Part shown: in pieces, positions 1 to 10,176 of the stretch
Position numbering within the stretch: the stretch's first letter is position 1
Layout of the letters: every line of letters starts with the position of its first letter
Source: a virus
Length of the DNA: 64,000 nt
Direction: 5' to 3' (one strand)
Virus record (IMG/VR): IMGVR_UViG_3300025137_000014
Coordinates: 96,001 to 160,000 of that record
Position numbers and translations under genes: made by a program
Notes under the pieces: model-generated
Told to the model about the DNA's origin: nothing
The model's database searches: none
The model's input: only the letters and a program-made list of their open reading frames with translations

Positions 1-1
1 C

Positions 2-985
2 TCACCAAGTGATTATGCAGATAGTAATCTAAAAATGATTGATTTTAATTTGCAACCAGAAAATGTCACATTCGAAACAGTTGCAGATGAGATAGCATTC
101 CCTAAATGGATGACAGATGGTCAGCCATATATACTGGAGTCTTTAGTTAGTCAATCAAGTGTTCGTGACACAGAAGCAGGAACAGATGAATGGAATAATA
201 AACTTAATGAGTTACTAGGACAATTTAAAAAAGATACTAGTGATATTAATAATGTAGAAAATCAAGAACAAGAACTTCCATTCTGGTCAAACGATACTAA
301 TAGGTCTTTACTTGCTAATCAAACGGCTGAGACACAGGCACTTATCAATAAACAAAAAATTGATGAGTTAACAAAACTTAATAATGCAGTTCAATCAACT
401 GGATTACCAGCAAATGAATTCAATGGACAAGATATTGACCCAGCCCAATTTTCAAATGTACTACAAGCAAAGAATGAACTTGCAAAAGTAGAATTTGAAG
501 AAGCAAAATCAAGACATCAATTCATTGAAGCACTACCAACAGAACCTAGATTTAGTGATCCGTTTGTTCCAGAAACAAAATATCCTCAAGTAGCAGATTT
601 TGCCAACTTAGGCAATACATATGATGGCGGTACGGGATCATATGGTGCAAGTAACTTAGGTGGTGCAATTAAAAATGAATTAGTAAATGCTTTCTTTAAT
701 GGAAGAAGTATTAATTGGGGTAATATTAGAAATTCAGCCGCTCAAGGTATTGTAGGAAATTCAGGTATCGGTTCTTTACAGAATTTAAGTAAAACAAAAC
801 AAAGTAAGTTCGGTATCTTAGGTGATTTAGTTAGAGACGGTATTAACAATTCAAGTAGAAAGAGTGGAGGACAAGTACAAACTACTACAGTTCCTTCAAA
901 CACAACATCAGCTACTTCATCGTCACTTAATAATGCACAATCTTCTATTAATGTATTAAAGAATTTAACGAGAGGTGTACAATAA
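2..985 (+). CDS. 5'-truncated probable tail/baseplate protein (possibly gp48/gp54-like tail tube initiator)
   Basis: Frame is open from base 2 (SPSDYADSNLK precedes Met at 35). DYADS..MIDFNLQPENVTF resembles tail-tube-fold C-termini. Lies upstream of the head completion gene. Confidence 0.4.
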   Translation, partial: SPSDYADSNLKMIDFNLQPENVTFETVADEIAFPKWMTDGQPYILESLVSQSSVRDTEAGTDEWNNKLNELLGQFKKDTSDINNVENQEQELPFWSNDTNRSLLANQTAETQALINKQKIDELTKLNNAVQSTGLPANEFNGQDIDPAQFSNVLQAKNELAKVEFEEAKSRHQFIEALPTEPRFSDPFVPETKYPQVADFANLGNTYDGGTGSYGASNLGGAIKNELVNAFFNGRSINWGNIRNSAAQGIVGNSGIGSLQNLSKTKQSKFGILGDLVRDGINNSSRKSGGQVQTTTVPSNTTSATSSSLNNAQSSINVLKNLTRGVQ

Positions 986-1254
986 TGGCATTTGATATAG
1001 ATGTATTAAAGGCAAAATTCCTAAAGAAAGGCTTTACAGAGGCTAAGGCAGATACGTTTGCTAGAGAAATAACAAACGTAGCAAGAAGTTACGGATTAAG
1101 CCCATATCAATTAGTTGATGAAATAGGACCTAACTTTGAATTAAATGATTTAGGCGCATTTGTAATTAATAGTTCTTTGAGATTCGGTTATCAGACTGGT
1201 AAAATAAAACCATCTAAACCTAACACTATGGTCCAAAGAGCAATTATTACATGA
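985..1254 (+). CDS. hypothetical protein
   Basis: 89 aa ORF coupled to neighbours by TAATG and ATGA overlaps. Confidence 0.6.
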   Translation: MAFDIDVLKAKFLKKGFTEAKADTFAREITNVARSYGLSPYQLVDEIGPNFELNDLGAFVINSSLRFGYQTGKIKPSKPNTMVQRAIIT

Positions 1255-1712
1255 GGCAAAAGTACCATCAAGGAAAATATACAATAAGAAACCCACAGAA
1301 GTATTCTGGGAGAGGTGAACCAACCTTTAGAAGTAGTTGGGAACGTACTTTTATGAATTTCTGTGATGATAATCCAAGTGTTGTAGCTTGGGCAAGTGAA
1401 CCTTGTAAGATAACATATCAAAACCCTTTAAATGGCAAAGTTACTGGATACGTTCCTGACTTTATCATTGTTTATATGGATAAAAAGGGCAATAAGAACG
1501 CAGAGTTAGTTGAAATTAAACCTGCAACACAATCTAACCCAGAATTAGCAAGAAGAAGAACAGACAAAGCGGCTGTTGTACAGAATTTTGCTAAATGGGA
1601 TGCGGCAACCTCTTGGGCGAAGAAAAGAGGCATGCGTTTTCGTGTATTAAACGAAGGTGACATATATCAAAACACAAAAAAGCCTAAGCCTGTCAAAAGA
1701 AAAAAGAAATAA
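1251..1712 (+). CDS. head completion nuclease (T4 gp4-like, TnsA-like endonuclease fold)
   Basis: YHQGKY..NPQKY, RSSWERTFMNFCDDNP..WASE, YVPDF, VEIKP motifs. Confidence 0.85.
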   Translation: MRQKYHQGKYTIRNPQKYSGRGEPTFRSSWERTFMNFCDDNPSVVAWASEPCKITYQNPLNGKVTGYVPDFIIVYMDKKGNKNAELVEIKPATQSNPELARRRTDKAAVVQNFAKWDAATSWAKKRGMRFRVLNEGDIYQNTKKPKPVKRKKK

Positions 1713-1722
1713 TTTTAGCAAT

Positions 1723-1731
1723 GATAAATAC
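1723..1731 (+). promoter_or_regulatory. late-type promoter motif GATAAATAC
   Basis: Recurrent motif resembling T4 late promoter TATAAATA, upstream of ORF 1762. Confidence 0.65.
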
Positions 1732-1761
1732 TATTAACTACTGATATAATAGGAACAACAG

Positions 1762-2325
1762 ATGACTAAAAAATTAGAAGAAACGTTTAATATTACAGGC
1801 GCAGAAGAAGACAAGACATATGAGAATGAAGTTGAACGTGATACACCTTCTATAGAAGAATCTAACGAGATTACTAAAATCATCAATACTGAAATGAAGA
1901 CGGCAGAGAAAATCGATGCATCACTTCCTATGGTATCAGATTTAAATGAGCATGACAGAGAAATGGATGATATTCATGGAAGAGCCATGCAAACATTTGA
2001 AGATTTACTGCAATTAGGTATGAATGTAGAAGTACATGCAGGTGCAAAGATATTAGAAACAGCAAATCAGCTATTAAAGACAGCTAAAGAAGCCAAAGAC
2101 AGCAAAGTAGACAGAAAACTCAAAATGATTAATCTACAGTTGCAAAAAGCGAAGCTAGACCATCAAGTAGACAGAGATACTAGTAAAGATGACAATGAAA
2201 TAGAGTCTGAAGGCTCTCTAAACCTTGATAGAAATGAATTATTGAAGCGAATTGCTAATGCACAAAAGGTTGCAGATGAAGTAACTGGCAAGAAACCATT
2301 AAAAAATAACAAAAATGATAAATAA
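1762..2325 (+). CDS. putative terminase small subunit / coiled-coil protein
   Basis: 187 aa helical protein in the head-gene neighbourhood; product inferred from size and context only. Confidence 0.4.
   Translation: MTKKLEETFNITGAEEDKTYENEVERDTPSIEESNEITKIINTEMKTAEKIDASLPMVSDLNEHDREMDDIHGRAMQTFEDLLQLGMNVEVHAGAKILETANQLLKTAKEAKDSKVDRKLKMINLQLQKAKLDHQVDRDTSKDDNEIESEGSLNLDRNELLKRIANAQKVADEVTGKKPLKNNKNDK
2317..2324 (+). promoter_or_regulatory. late-type promoter motif GATAAATA overlapping upstream stop codon
   Basis: GAT AAA TAA encodes the DK-stop end of ORF 1762; ATG at 2348 follows. Confidence 0.55.
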
Positions 2326-2347
2326 GAGTAGTACGTTGGAGAACAAC

Positions 2348-2914
2348 ATGAAGAAATTTAAAGAATTTTTAACAGAGTCAGAAAAAGAACATAAATTCAC
2401 AATGCGTTTTTGCTGTGAATTAGATGCCAATGCAGAAGATAGAATTGAAAAGTTTCTAGGTAAATATGACCTTAGAACACTATCAAAAACTTCTACTACA
2501 CCGGTATCAAAGAATCCAATGTTCTTTAAAGAAGTAGAAAACTCAGAAGTATCTAAGATTGATGTGGTTACAGGTTATCCTATATCAGCCGATATCTTAA
2601 GACAACAACTTTCTGATTTGTTAGGTATGCATTTAACTCATGTTGCAGTACATCCAGAAGGATGGGAACCAACAGAGGAAGAAGAAGCAGATGACAAAGA
2701 AGCATTGCTTACTTCCGAAGAAGAATCAAAATCAGACGATGGTGAAAACTATGGTCGTACTTTTGTAGACGATTTTCTAAAGTCATTAACACCAAAAGAA
2801 ACAGATACAGTAGAAAATGAATTAAGTCCGAAAGAAGTGCGAGACCAAGCACCAGAACAAATGGATACAGAAGAAAAATCTAGTCCATCTGTTATCTCAG
2901 GAGATAAAAAATGA
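2348..2914 (+). CDS. acidic hypothetical protein, probable internal head protein
   Basis: Start moved to 2348: MKKFKEFLTE resembles the T4 internal-protein capsid targeting sequence. Confidence 0.6.
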   Translation: MKKFKEFLTESEKEHKFTMRFCCELDANAEDRIEKFLGKYDLRTLSKTSTTPVSKNPMFFKEVENSEVSKIDVVTGYPISADILRQQLSDLLGMHLTHVAVHPEGWEPTEEEEADDKEALLTSEEESKSDDGENYGRTFVDDFLKSLTPKETDTVENELSPKEVRDQAPEQMDTEEKSSPSVISGDKK

Positions 2915-3771
2915 GCAAACATTATAATTTAACTGTTACTGATGATAACGGGAAGTCAGTTACTACATCAAATACAAGTACAGAGCATCCAGACGAAGTT
3001 TTACGTATGATGCAACTAGCAGGTATGCAATCAGAACCACAATGTGGTATGGAAAGTGTTGAAGAAAATGAATATCAGCCTACTCCAAAAAATGATAAGT
3101 TAGACCTAGATGACTACTCAAAGAAATCTCCAGAAAGTATTTCAAAACAACCTAAAAAACTACAACCGTCAAGAGGCGATAATCCATTAGAATATTCTTT
3201 AGATGAAAATGAAATTTATGAATCTTTAATCAATGAAATGGATTCAGACTGTGGTTGCGGACCAGACTGTGAATGTGAAGGTAATTGTGGACCAGACTGT
3301 GGTTGCGGACCTGAGTGCAATGAAAGTGTAAAAGAAGGAAAACTTCCTCCTGGGTTACAAGCATATCAAGATAAGAAAAAAGGCAAAAAATCTGATAAAG
3401 AAGAAGATAAAGTTGAAGAAAAAGCAAAACCAGATTTTGCAGATATCGATAAAGACGGTAATGAAAAAGAAACAATGAAAAAAGCCGCTAAAGATAAAAA
3501 AGAAAAGACCAATGAATCAGATTCAGCAAGATTACAAGATTTAGCAAGACTAAAGCATCTATCAGGTATGGGATCTGCGAATGAACTACTACATGAATAT
3601 AAAGCTGATAAAGTAGAAAAAGTAGACGAAGTACTTCCAGCAGTAGTAGGTGCAGTAGCAGGTGCGGCAGTAAAAGGTATTGCAAAAGGTGTTGCGAAAG
3701 CGGCAGGCAAGGCTGTAAAAACAGGCGCTAAAGCAGTTGCTGGTATGTCAAATCAACATAACTCTCAATAA
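2911..3771 (+). CDS. low-complexity probable head/scaffold-associated protein with Cys-rich and EF-hand-like segments
   Basis: CGCGPDCECEGNCGPDCGCGPEC, DFADIDKDGNEKE, and Ala/Gly/Lys-rich C-terminus. Confidence 0.6.
   Translation: MSKHYNLTVTDDNGKSVTTSNTSTEHPDEVLRMMQLAGMQSEPQCGMESVEENEYQPTPKNDKLDLDDYSKKSPESISKQPKKLQPSRGDNPLEYSLDENEIYESLINEMDSDCGCGPDCECEGNCGPDCGCGPECNESVKEGKLPPGLQAYQDKKKGKKSDKEEDKVEEKAKPDFADIDKDGNEKETMKKAAKDKKEKTNESDSARLQDLARLKHLSGMGSANELLHEYKADKVEKVDEVLPAVVGAVAGAAVKGIAKGVAKAAGKAVKTGAKAVAGMSNQHNSQ
3245..3311 (+). repeat. 19-bp direct repeat (cagactgtggttgcggacc x2) encoding the Cys-rich motif
   Basis: Copies at 3245-3263 and 3293-3311. Confidence 0.9.
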
Positions 3772-3840
3772 TTCAACGAATCCTCTAAATACAGTTACAA
3801 CTTGATTATTCTATCAAGACTATGAAGAGGAGAAACACCA

Positions 3841-4206
3841 ATGTATCATTCAGAAACTATGATCCAGATGATGGAAGACCTGCAACGTCAGGCTTCTGAA
3901 ATGGAAAGACATGTCAAAGACATGATGGAAGCAGAAGGTAGAGCATGTGGCATCGAACTTGATAAAAGAAAAAATGCACGTGACCTAATGCACGAACTAG
4001 TAGAACACCAAACACACTCAGATAACCAAGCAGAAATGACATGGGCATATGTACCTACAGATAATGTAGACTATGATACTCATTCAACTGATTGGGATAA
4101 TGCAATGCATTCACCATGGGCAGGAGCTAATGGAGAAATGCTAACAGAACAAGATTTATGGCACGAAACTGACCACGTAATGCCAGCTGACCAAGACAAT
4201 GCCTAA
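3841..4206 (+). CDS. hypothetical protein
   Basis: 121 aa, SD GAGGAG, followed by a terminator. Confidence 0.7.
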   Translation: MYHSETMIQMMEDLQRQASEMERHVKDMMEAEGRACGIELDKRKNARDLMHELVEHQTHSDNQAEMTWAYVPTDNVDYDTHSTDWDNAMHSPWAGANGEMLTEQDLWHETDHVMPADQDNA

Positions 4207-4242
4207 GGCATTTTAAAGAATAAAAAATTTATGTTCTAAATT

Positions 4243-4273
4243 AAAAGCAGTCTTTATTGGACTGCTTTTTTTT
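4243..4273 (+). terminator. intrinsic terminator
   Basis: gcagtc-tttattg-gactgc hairpin followed by a T tract. Confidence 0.85.
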
Positions 4274-4281
4274 GATAAATA
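4274..4281 (+). promoter_or_regulatory. late-type promoter motif GATAAATA
   Basis: Immediately after the terminator and upstream of ORF 4316. Confidence 0.6.
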
Positions 4282-4315
4282 TGGTTAATACCAAGTTATT
4301 CTAAAGGAGATTAAG

Positions 4316-5167
4316 ATGGCAAAATATCGTGGTGTAACCTGGCAAAATGCAGGTGCGGGCCCAAAAGTAATAGTTAGACGCTCAATTTGGTTAGCGGAAC
4401 TAGAAGATTTCGGAGTAATAACAGATTCAGCAGATGACTTGCCAACAGGCGGTGCTGTACACAGAGCGTCAACTGGAGGATCTAAATCCGGTACAAGAGA
4501 ATTCGTAGATTTATCTACAGTAAATGATTCGGTAGTAGTCGATACACAAGACCATGGACTAATAACAGATACAGCGGTTACGACTGCATGGCCAACTCAA
4601 ACATCAACTGGAACGCCAACACAGGCACGTACTCATTATCTACGTGTTACAGGTGCTAGTTATAATACTAATATATCATCTTACATAAATGACCATGTTG
4701 ATATGGATAGTGACCACCCTGATTGGACTTCAACTGGTATGACTACTGACGTTACACTTGTTAAAGTAGTACATGCTCCATCAAGTACAACACTGGAATT
4801 AGGCGATGCAATACCGTCTAATACGTTTACCTTGTCGGGCAACAGTGCATATCATACTTGGGGATTGGATGATTCTGCATACTCAAGCATTCATGCACCA
4901 AATGGATATCATATATCAGGATTTACAAAAGATGCTCAGTCAAGTTATACAAGATGGAACATTGATTATGACGGTTCGCAATTCGGTGCAAGAGCAACAG
5001 TACTTGACCAATTGTTTGAAGGACAAGTAATTTCAAATTATGAAAATACTGCATGGCTTACTTTTTACGATGCTGATGGCTATAAATATGAGTTTTCTCA
5101 TCATAGAAGAAGTACAAATGGTTACGATGACCAGTTCGAATATAACGGCACAACACAAGTATATTAA
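4316..5167 (+). CDS. probable virion structural protein
   Basis: Thr/Ser/Gly/Asp-rich, repeated D[FH]G[VL]ITD motif, has its own promoter motif, SD AAGGAG and terminator. Confidence 0.5.
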   Translation: MAKYRGVTWQNAGAGPKVIVRRSIWLAELEDFGVITDSADDLPTGGAVHRASTGGSKSGTREFVDLSTVNDSVVVDTQDHGLITDTAVTTAWPTQTSTGTPTQARTHYLRVTGASYNTNISSYINDHVDMDSDHPDWTSTGMTTDVTLVKVVHAPSSTTLELGDAIPSNTFTLSGNSAYHTWGLDDSAYSSIHAPNGYHISGFTKDAQSSYTRWNIDYDGSQFGARATVLDQLFEGQVISNYENTAWLTFYDADGYKYEFSHHRRSTNGYDDQFEYNGTTQVY

Positions 5168-5190
5168 TAATTTTCAACTTATCTAAAATT

Positions 5191-5218
5191 AAAAGGGAGT
5201 TAGTTCTCCCTTTTTTTT
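5191..5218 (+). terminator. intrinsic terminator
   Basis: gggag-ttagtt-ctccc hairpin followed by T8. Confidence 0.85.
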
Positions 5219-5260
5219 ATGCATAAATAGTATTATATTAGAAGTTAATTAGGATAATAC

Positions 5261-6295
5261 ATGATATGGACAGAATGGGATAAACTAACAGAGATTATTG
5301 TTGGTTCCACTTATGACACAAAGTCTTTAGAACAGTTCGATGACACGCAGTTTGTTGATAGTATGTCAAAGATATTAGAAGAAACAGAACAAGATTTTCA
5401 GAAATTATCAGATACATTTAAATCATTTGGTGTCAAAGTTCACAGACCAAAAAATGTACCTCTAAAATCTGAAAATACAAGACTATGGAAATCAGAGTTT
5501 CCATATCCTGCTATATGTCCTCGTGACCATCATATAGTTTATGGAGATACTATTATTAATACTATAGGTGGCGATTGTAATAGATATACTGAAAGCGATT
5601 ACTTCTTAGATATAATGTTAGAAAAACACAAAGAAGGAAGAAACTATATTGCAATGCCTAGACCTCTGTTGCAATCTCAGTATCAACATTATGAGACAAT
5701 GGAACCTCAGATAATGTATCATGCCGCAAATATTATAAAATGCGGAGATACATTAATTCATTCAAGACCTTATAATGATTCTGAAGGTAGAGATTTTGGA
5801 GCAAGAGGAACAAGAACAGGATTAGAATGGGTAAAAAGAAATATAGGTTGTGAAACTAAATGGATAGAAGTTCCTGAGTGCGGACACGTTGATGGTATGT
5901 TAGCAATTATCAAACCAGGATTACTAATGACATGGAAAGAAAAATATATTCCCGAAGAACTAAAACATTGGGATAAGATTATTTTAACACCATGGGATTT
6001 GCCTGAGTGGTTTCACGAAATGAGAATACAACATTTCTATAAAGATAAAGTAGAAAATTGGCTATCTCATTGGATTGGTTATGTAGATGAAACAGTATTT
6101 GATTTAAATGTAGTTAGTATTGATGAAAATACATTGATTACAAATGGTCATGATACAAGAATTGAAAAAGAATTAAAGAAATATGGAGTTGAAATGATAC
6201 CGTTTGATTTCAGACATAAATATTTCTGGGACAGTGGATTACATTGCGTAACACTTGACTTAAGTAGAAATGGAGAAAGAGAAAGCTATGTATAA
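5261..6295 (+). CDS. amidinotransferase (glycine/inosamine-phosphate amidinotransferase family)
   Basis: WTEWDKLTEIIVG N-terminus, CPRD, HVDG, and C-terminal GLHCVTLDL with catalytic Cys. Confidence 0.85.
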   Translation: MIWTEWDKLTEIIVGSTYDTKSLEQFDDTQFVDSMSKILEETEQDFQKLSDTFKSFGVKVHRPKNVPLKSENTRLWKSEFPYPAICPRDHHIVYGDTIINTIGGDCNRYTESDYFLDIMLEKHKEGRNYIAMPRPLLQSQYQHYETMEPQIMYHAANIIKCGDTLIHSRPYNDSEGRDFGARGTRTGLEWVKRNIGCETKWIEVPECGHVDGMLAIIKPGLLMTWKEKYIPEELKHWDKIILTPWDLPEWFHEMRIQHFYKDKVENWLSHWIGYVDETVFDLNVVSIDENTLITNGHDTRIEKELKKYGVEMIPFDFRHKYFWDSGLHCVTLDLSRNGERESYV

Positions 6296-7061
6296 TGTTG
6301 TAATGAGAACACCTGAGTGTTTAGTAATTGATGACTTCTTACCAGAAGAAGCACAAGATAAAATTTTAAATCAAGTACAAGTCGATGAGTGGGAACAAAC
6401 TCAAGGCGATGATAAGTTTTGGCATTATACAGATGGTGCAAATTATAAAAATCAAAAGCGTTGGCAAGGCAAGTATCCTTATGGTGATAATTGTGACGTT
6501 TGGTTTGAACATTTTAATAAGTTTTTAAACGAATATGAACATATCGGCGACTATGTTGAAGGTGGAAAGTTTGAAGATTATGCAATGCGTTGTCATGCAT
6601 ATCCCGTAAACTCAAAGAACCCATGGCATAGTGATTTAGGTTTCACAACATATACATATTATGTTCATAAAGATTGGCAAATAAATTGGGACTCTACATT
6701 ATTAATTGTTCCTATGGGAAGTGTACCAGAATACTCTCAGTGGATAGAATTAAAAGAAGGAACAAAACATTATGATAGTTATAAAGAATTACGAAGTCCA
6801 ATGGAAATGTTTCAACAAAAAGAAAAGTTTCAATCATTAATCGATAAAGGTGTGGGTACATTTGTAAGTCCTAAACCAAATAGATTAGTATTGATACAAA
6901 AGAATTCAGTACACGGTATTACACGTGTTGATCCAGATGCTGGTGATAATATAAGAGTTACACTCACAGGTGCAATCGGAGAAGAAGGTTGGCGTGATAG
7001 AGTTACAAGACTAGCAGATGCAGAAATTAAAGAAGACGGAAAAGTCGGAATAAAAAAGTAA
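6288..7061 (+). CDS. 2OG-Fe(II) oxygenase (prolyl hydroxylase-like)
   Basis: LVIDDFLPEE, WHSD, HGITRV, RVTL motifs; start 6288 overlaps the upstream gene end. Confidence 0.75.
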   Translation: MYNVVMRTPECLVIDDFLPEEAQDKILNQVQVDEWEQTQGDDKFWHYTDGANYKNQKRWQGKYPYGDNCDVWFEHFNKFLNEYEHIGDYVEGGKFEDYAMRCHAYPVNSKNPWHSDLGFTTYTYYVHKDWQINWDSTLLIVPMGSVPEYSQWIELKEGTKHYDSYKELRSPMEMFQQKEKFQSLIDKGVGTFVSPKPNRLVLIQKNSVHGITRVDPDAGDNIRVTLTGAIGEEGWRDRVTRLADAEIKEDGKVGIKK

Positions 7062-8621
7062 ATGGCAGATTTAACTAAAAAAGCATATCAAAAAACGAAG
7101 TTTAGTAATGCACAACTATTAGAATTTAGTAAGTGTGCAAATGATCCTTTTTATTTTTTAAACACTTATTTCAAAATACAACACCCTACTAAGGGTAGTA
7201 TGACATATGATGCTTATCAGTTTCAAAAAGGATTACTAAATTCTTATCATAATTATAGATTCTCTATTTCTATGCTCGGTAGACAAATGGGTAAATCCAC
7301 TACTGCGGCAGGATATCTATTATGGTATGCGATGTTTATGCCAGACCAAACTATTCTAATTGCGGCACACAAATATTCAGGTGCTCAAGAAATTATGCAC
7401 AGAATTAGACATGCTTATGAATTATGTCCTGACCATATACGTGCTGGTGTTACAAGTTATAATAAAGGTAGTTTAGAATTTGATAACGGTTCACGTATTA
7501 TAGCACAAGCAACAACAGAAAATACAGGTCGTGGTCTTTCAATTTCTTTATTATACTGTGATGAGTTTGCATTCGTTAGACCTAATATTGCAAAAGAGTT
7601 TTGGACTTCAATATCTCCTACTCTAGCAACAGGTGGTAAAGCGATTATTACATCAACACCAAACTTAGATGATGACCAGTTCGCTCTCATATGGAGTGGT
7701 GCTAATAAAAATATAGATGAACACGGTAATGAAAAAGAAACAGGCATTAACGGCTTTAAACCATTTAAAGCTATTTGGAATGAACATCCTGATAGGGATG
7801 AAATTTGGTCTAAAGAAGAAAGAACACGTGTAGGTGAAGAAAGATTTTTACGTGAGCATGAATGTCAGTTTATTGCGTTTGATGAAACGTTAGTAGATAG
7901 TATAAAATTATCTCATTTAGAAGGTAAAGAACCTATTATGAAAACTGGGCAAGTAAGATGGTATGAAAAAATTAATAAAAATTCTACTTACGTTGTCGGT
8001 CTTGACCCTGCTATGGGTACGGGTGGAGACTATTCAGCGATTGAAGTTTGGTCATTGCCAGAACTAATACAAGTAGCAGAATGGCAGAGTAATCGTACAG
8101 ATATGAGAGGTCAAGTAAAAACAATGCATGATATTCTAACTATCTTAAATGATGAAATGAATGAATTAGGAAATAAAAGACCAGAAATATATTGGTCAGT
8201 AGAAAACAATTCATTAGGAGAAGCCGCTCTTATAGTCATTGAAGAAATGGATGAAGATAAATTTCCAGGTGAATTTTTACATGAACCAAAGAAAAAAGGA
8301 ATTCAAAAAGCAATAAGAAAAGGATTTACAACATCTTACAAAACTAAAATAACTGCATGTATGAAACTAAAGTCATGGATTGAGAGTGATAAAATGGTAC
8401 CACTAAGTAAGAATTTAATTAGAGAATGTAAGACATTTATTGCAAAAGGCAAGAGTTATGAAGCAAAATCAGGCGAAACAGATGATTTAGTAAGTGCTAC
8501 ATTGCTTTGTATCAGACAAATTCAAGTAATATCACGATTCGATGAAGAATTTATGGATACGTTAGGAGAATCTCTTGATAGTGAAGATGCTTTTAATGAC
8601 CCACTTCCTGTGCTATTTTGA
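7062..8621 (+). CDS. terL: terminase large subunit (T4 gp17-like)
   Basis: GRQMGKST Walker A, LLYCDEFAF Walker B, TSTPN, GLDPAMG nuclease motif, DDLV. Confidence 0.95.
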   Translation: MADLTKKAYQKTKFSNAQLLEFSKCANDPFYFLNTYFKIQHPTKGSMTYDAYQFQKGLLNSYHNYRFSISMLGRQMGKSTTAAGYLLWYAMFMPDQTILIAAHKYSGAQEIMHRIRHAYELCPDHIRAGVTSYNKGSLEFDNGSRIIAQATTENTGRGLSISLLYCDEFAFVRPNIAKEFWTSISPTLATGGKAIITSTPNLDDDQFALIWSGANKNIDEHGNEKETGINGFKPFKAIWNEHPDRDEIWSKEERTRVGEERFLREHECQFIAFDETLVDSIKLSHLEGKEPIMKTGQVRWYEKINKNSTYVVGLDPAMGTGGDYSAIEVWSLPELIQVAEWQSNRTDMRGQVKTMHDILTILNDEMNELGNKRPEIYWSVENNSLGEAALIVIEEMDEDKFPGEFLHEPKKKGIQKAIRKGFTTSYKTKITACMKLKSWIESDKMVPLSKNLIRECKTFIAKGKSYEAKSGETDDLVSATLLCIRQIQVISRFDEEFMDTLGESLDSEDAFNDPLPVLF

Positions 8622-8628
8622 TAAATAC
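8620..8628 (+). promoter_or_regulatory. late-type promoter motif GATAAATAC overlapping the terL stop
   Basis: TGA-TAAATAC upstream of ORF 8649. Confidence 0.65.
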
Positions 8629-8648
8629 ATCTATAAGGAATCAATAAT

Positions 8649-10091
8649 ATGGCTGTAAATTATTCAACTATCGCAGAAAAAATAATGAGAATTATTCAAG
8701 GGAATGGAATTCCTTTGAAGATGTTTAGTTCTGATAATGGTAAAAGTGTTGCTAATCCAGAAGAAGCAAGATTTTTTTATATTGATGAACCTAATATGAT
8801 GGTATCTATTGACGAAAGCACTAACGAAGTTAAACTTCATTTTGGTGAAGGCGTTGACATAGATAAACCACAGGCAGAAAAATTAATGAATAGTTTAAGA
8901 CAATTATCACGTGAATACATGTTAGATTTTGACATGCGTTCATTTGGAAAACATATTGAACCTAAGAACTATGCTTATAAATTAGATAAAGATAAGGAGC
9001 AGACTATGAGTGACGTAATGAAAGAAGGCTTAACGCCTTTAGAAGGATCATCACGTACCAGTCGCCAAACACTAGAAAATGTAAGACTAATCGTCAAACA
9101 CCGCAACGCAGTAAACGAAGAATCACGTGGTGCACGTTCTCGTAATATTTCAGCAATTTTTGTTGAAAATGCTGAAGGTGAACGTTTCAAGTATCCATTC
9201 AAACACTTGAACGGCGCAAGAGCAATGGCGAGACACGTTTCACATGGTGGTGTACCTAGCGACATGGTGGGTGAAGCTATTGTAGAACTTTCATCAAACT
9301 TGGCAAAATTAAAAGAGTTTATGAATGTTGTTAACAAGCAATCACTAATCAACGAAAACAATCGTTCAGTTGTACTGAATGTAAAACGTAGAATGGATTC
9401 AATTAAAGAATCTATCAAACGTGTTACAGGTGCAAAAGGATATACAAACTTTGTTGAGAAATTAGCAACAACAGAAGCAAAACAAAATGCTGAGATTACA
9501 GAAGATACAGTAAACAGCTATGTTTCAAAATTTACAAAATCAACTTTTGAAGAATCTTTAAGGGATGTTATTCCACTTATACATCGTGTAAACGAAGAAG
9601 AAGTAGAAGATAACCGTGCAGACCAAGTTGCACGTGTTAGAGAAATTATTGTGGCTAAGGACAAAAAGACTGGCGAAAAGAAAAACAAGATTACTTTTCC
9701 TAAAAAGCCAGGTGCAGAATACGACTATGACGCAATTAAGAAACAATATGCAGAACCTCGTACTCCACAAGAAGCAGAAGAACAAAAGAAACTTAAGTTA
9801 GCATTATCAATCGATGATTTAGGTGATAGAGTAGATGTTGATACTACAGATGACAATAAGCGTAAAAACAAAGGTCATGATAGAGCGGCTGAATTATCAA
9901 TGTTCTTAATGGACATGGGTAATGCGATTCGTTCAGGTAAAGGTCTTACAAAAGAGAAGATTCAGATTACTGGATATTTAAGAAAACTAGCACAACAGAA
10001 CGAAGCAGTAGAAACTGTGGGTACTCCTGTTAATGAACAGTTTGATACAATGCTTTCAGAAGCATTTTCTAAGTTCGACATTCCAGCATAA
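8649..10091 (+). CDS. hypothetical protein (likely virion-associated)
   Basis: 480 aa, SD AAGGA, many hydrophobic-x-E sites, followed by a terminator. Confidence 0.7.
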   Translation: MAVNYSTIAEKIMRIIQGNGIPLKMFSSDNGKSVANPEEARFFYIDEPNMMVSIDESTNEVKLHFGEGVDIDKPQAEKLMNSLRQLSREYMLDFDMRSFGKHIEPKNYAYKLDKDKEQTMSDVMKEGLTPLEGSSRTSRQTLENVRLIVKHRNAVNEESRGARSRNISAIFVENAEGERFKYPFKHLNGARAMARHVSHGGVPSDMVGEAIVELSSNLAKLKEFMNVVNKQSLINENNRSVVLNVKRRMDSIKESIKRVTGAKGYTNFVEKLATTEAKQNAEITEDTVNSYVSKFTKSTFEESLRDVIPLIHRVNEEEVEDNRADQVARVREIIVAKDKKTGEKKNKITFPKKPGAEYDYDAIKKQYAEPRTPQEAEEQKKLKLALSIDDLGDRVDVDTTDDNKRKNKGHDRAAELSMFLMDMGNAIRSGKGLTKEKIQITGYLRKLAQQNEAVETVGTPVNEQFDTMLSEAFSKFDIPA

Positions 10092-10115
10092 TATACCAAA
10101 AAAACCAATAAAATC

Positions 10116-10142
10116 AGGGATCCTGTAGGGTCCCTTTTTTTT
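10116..10142 (+). terminator. intrinsic terminator
   Basis: agggatcc-tgta-gggtccct hairpin followed by a T tract. Confidence 0.85.
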
Positions 10143-10176
10143 GTGGAAAAAAATACAAAAAATACGTATTTAACAC

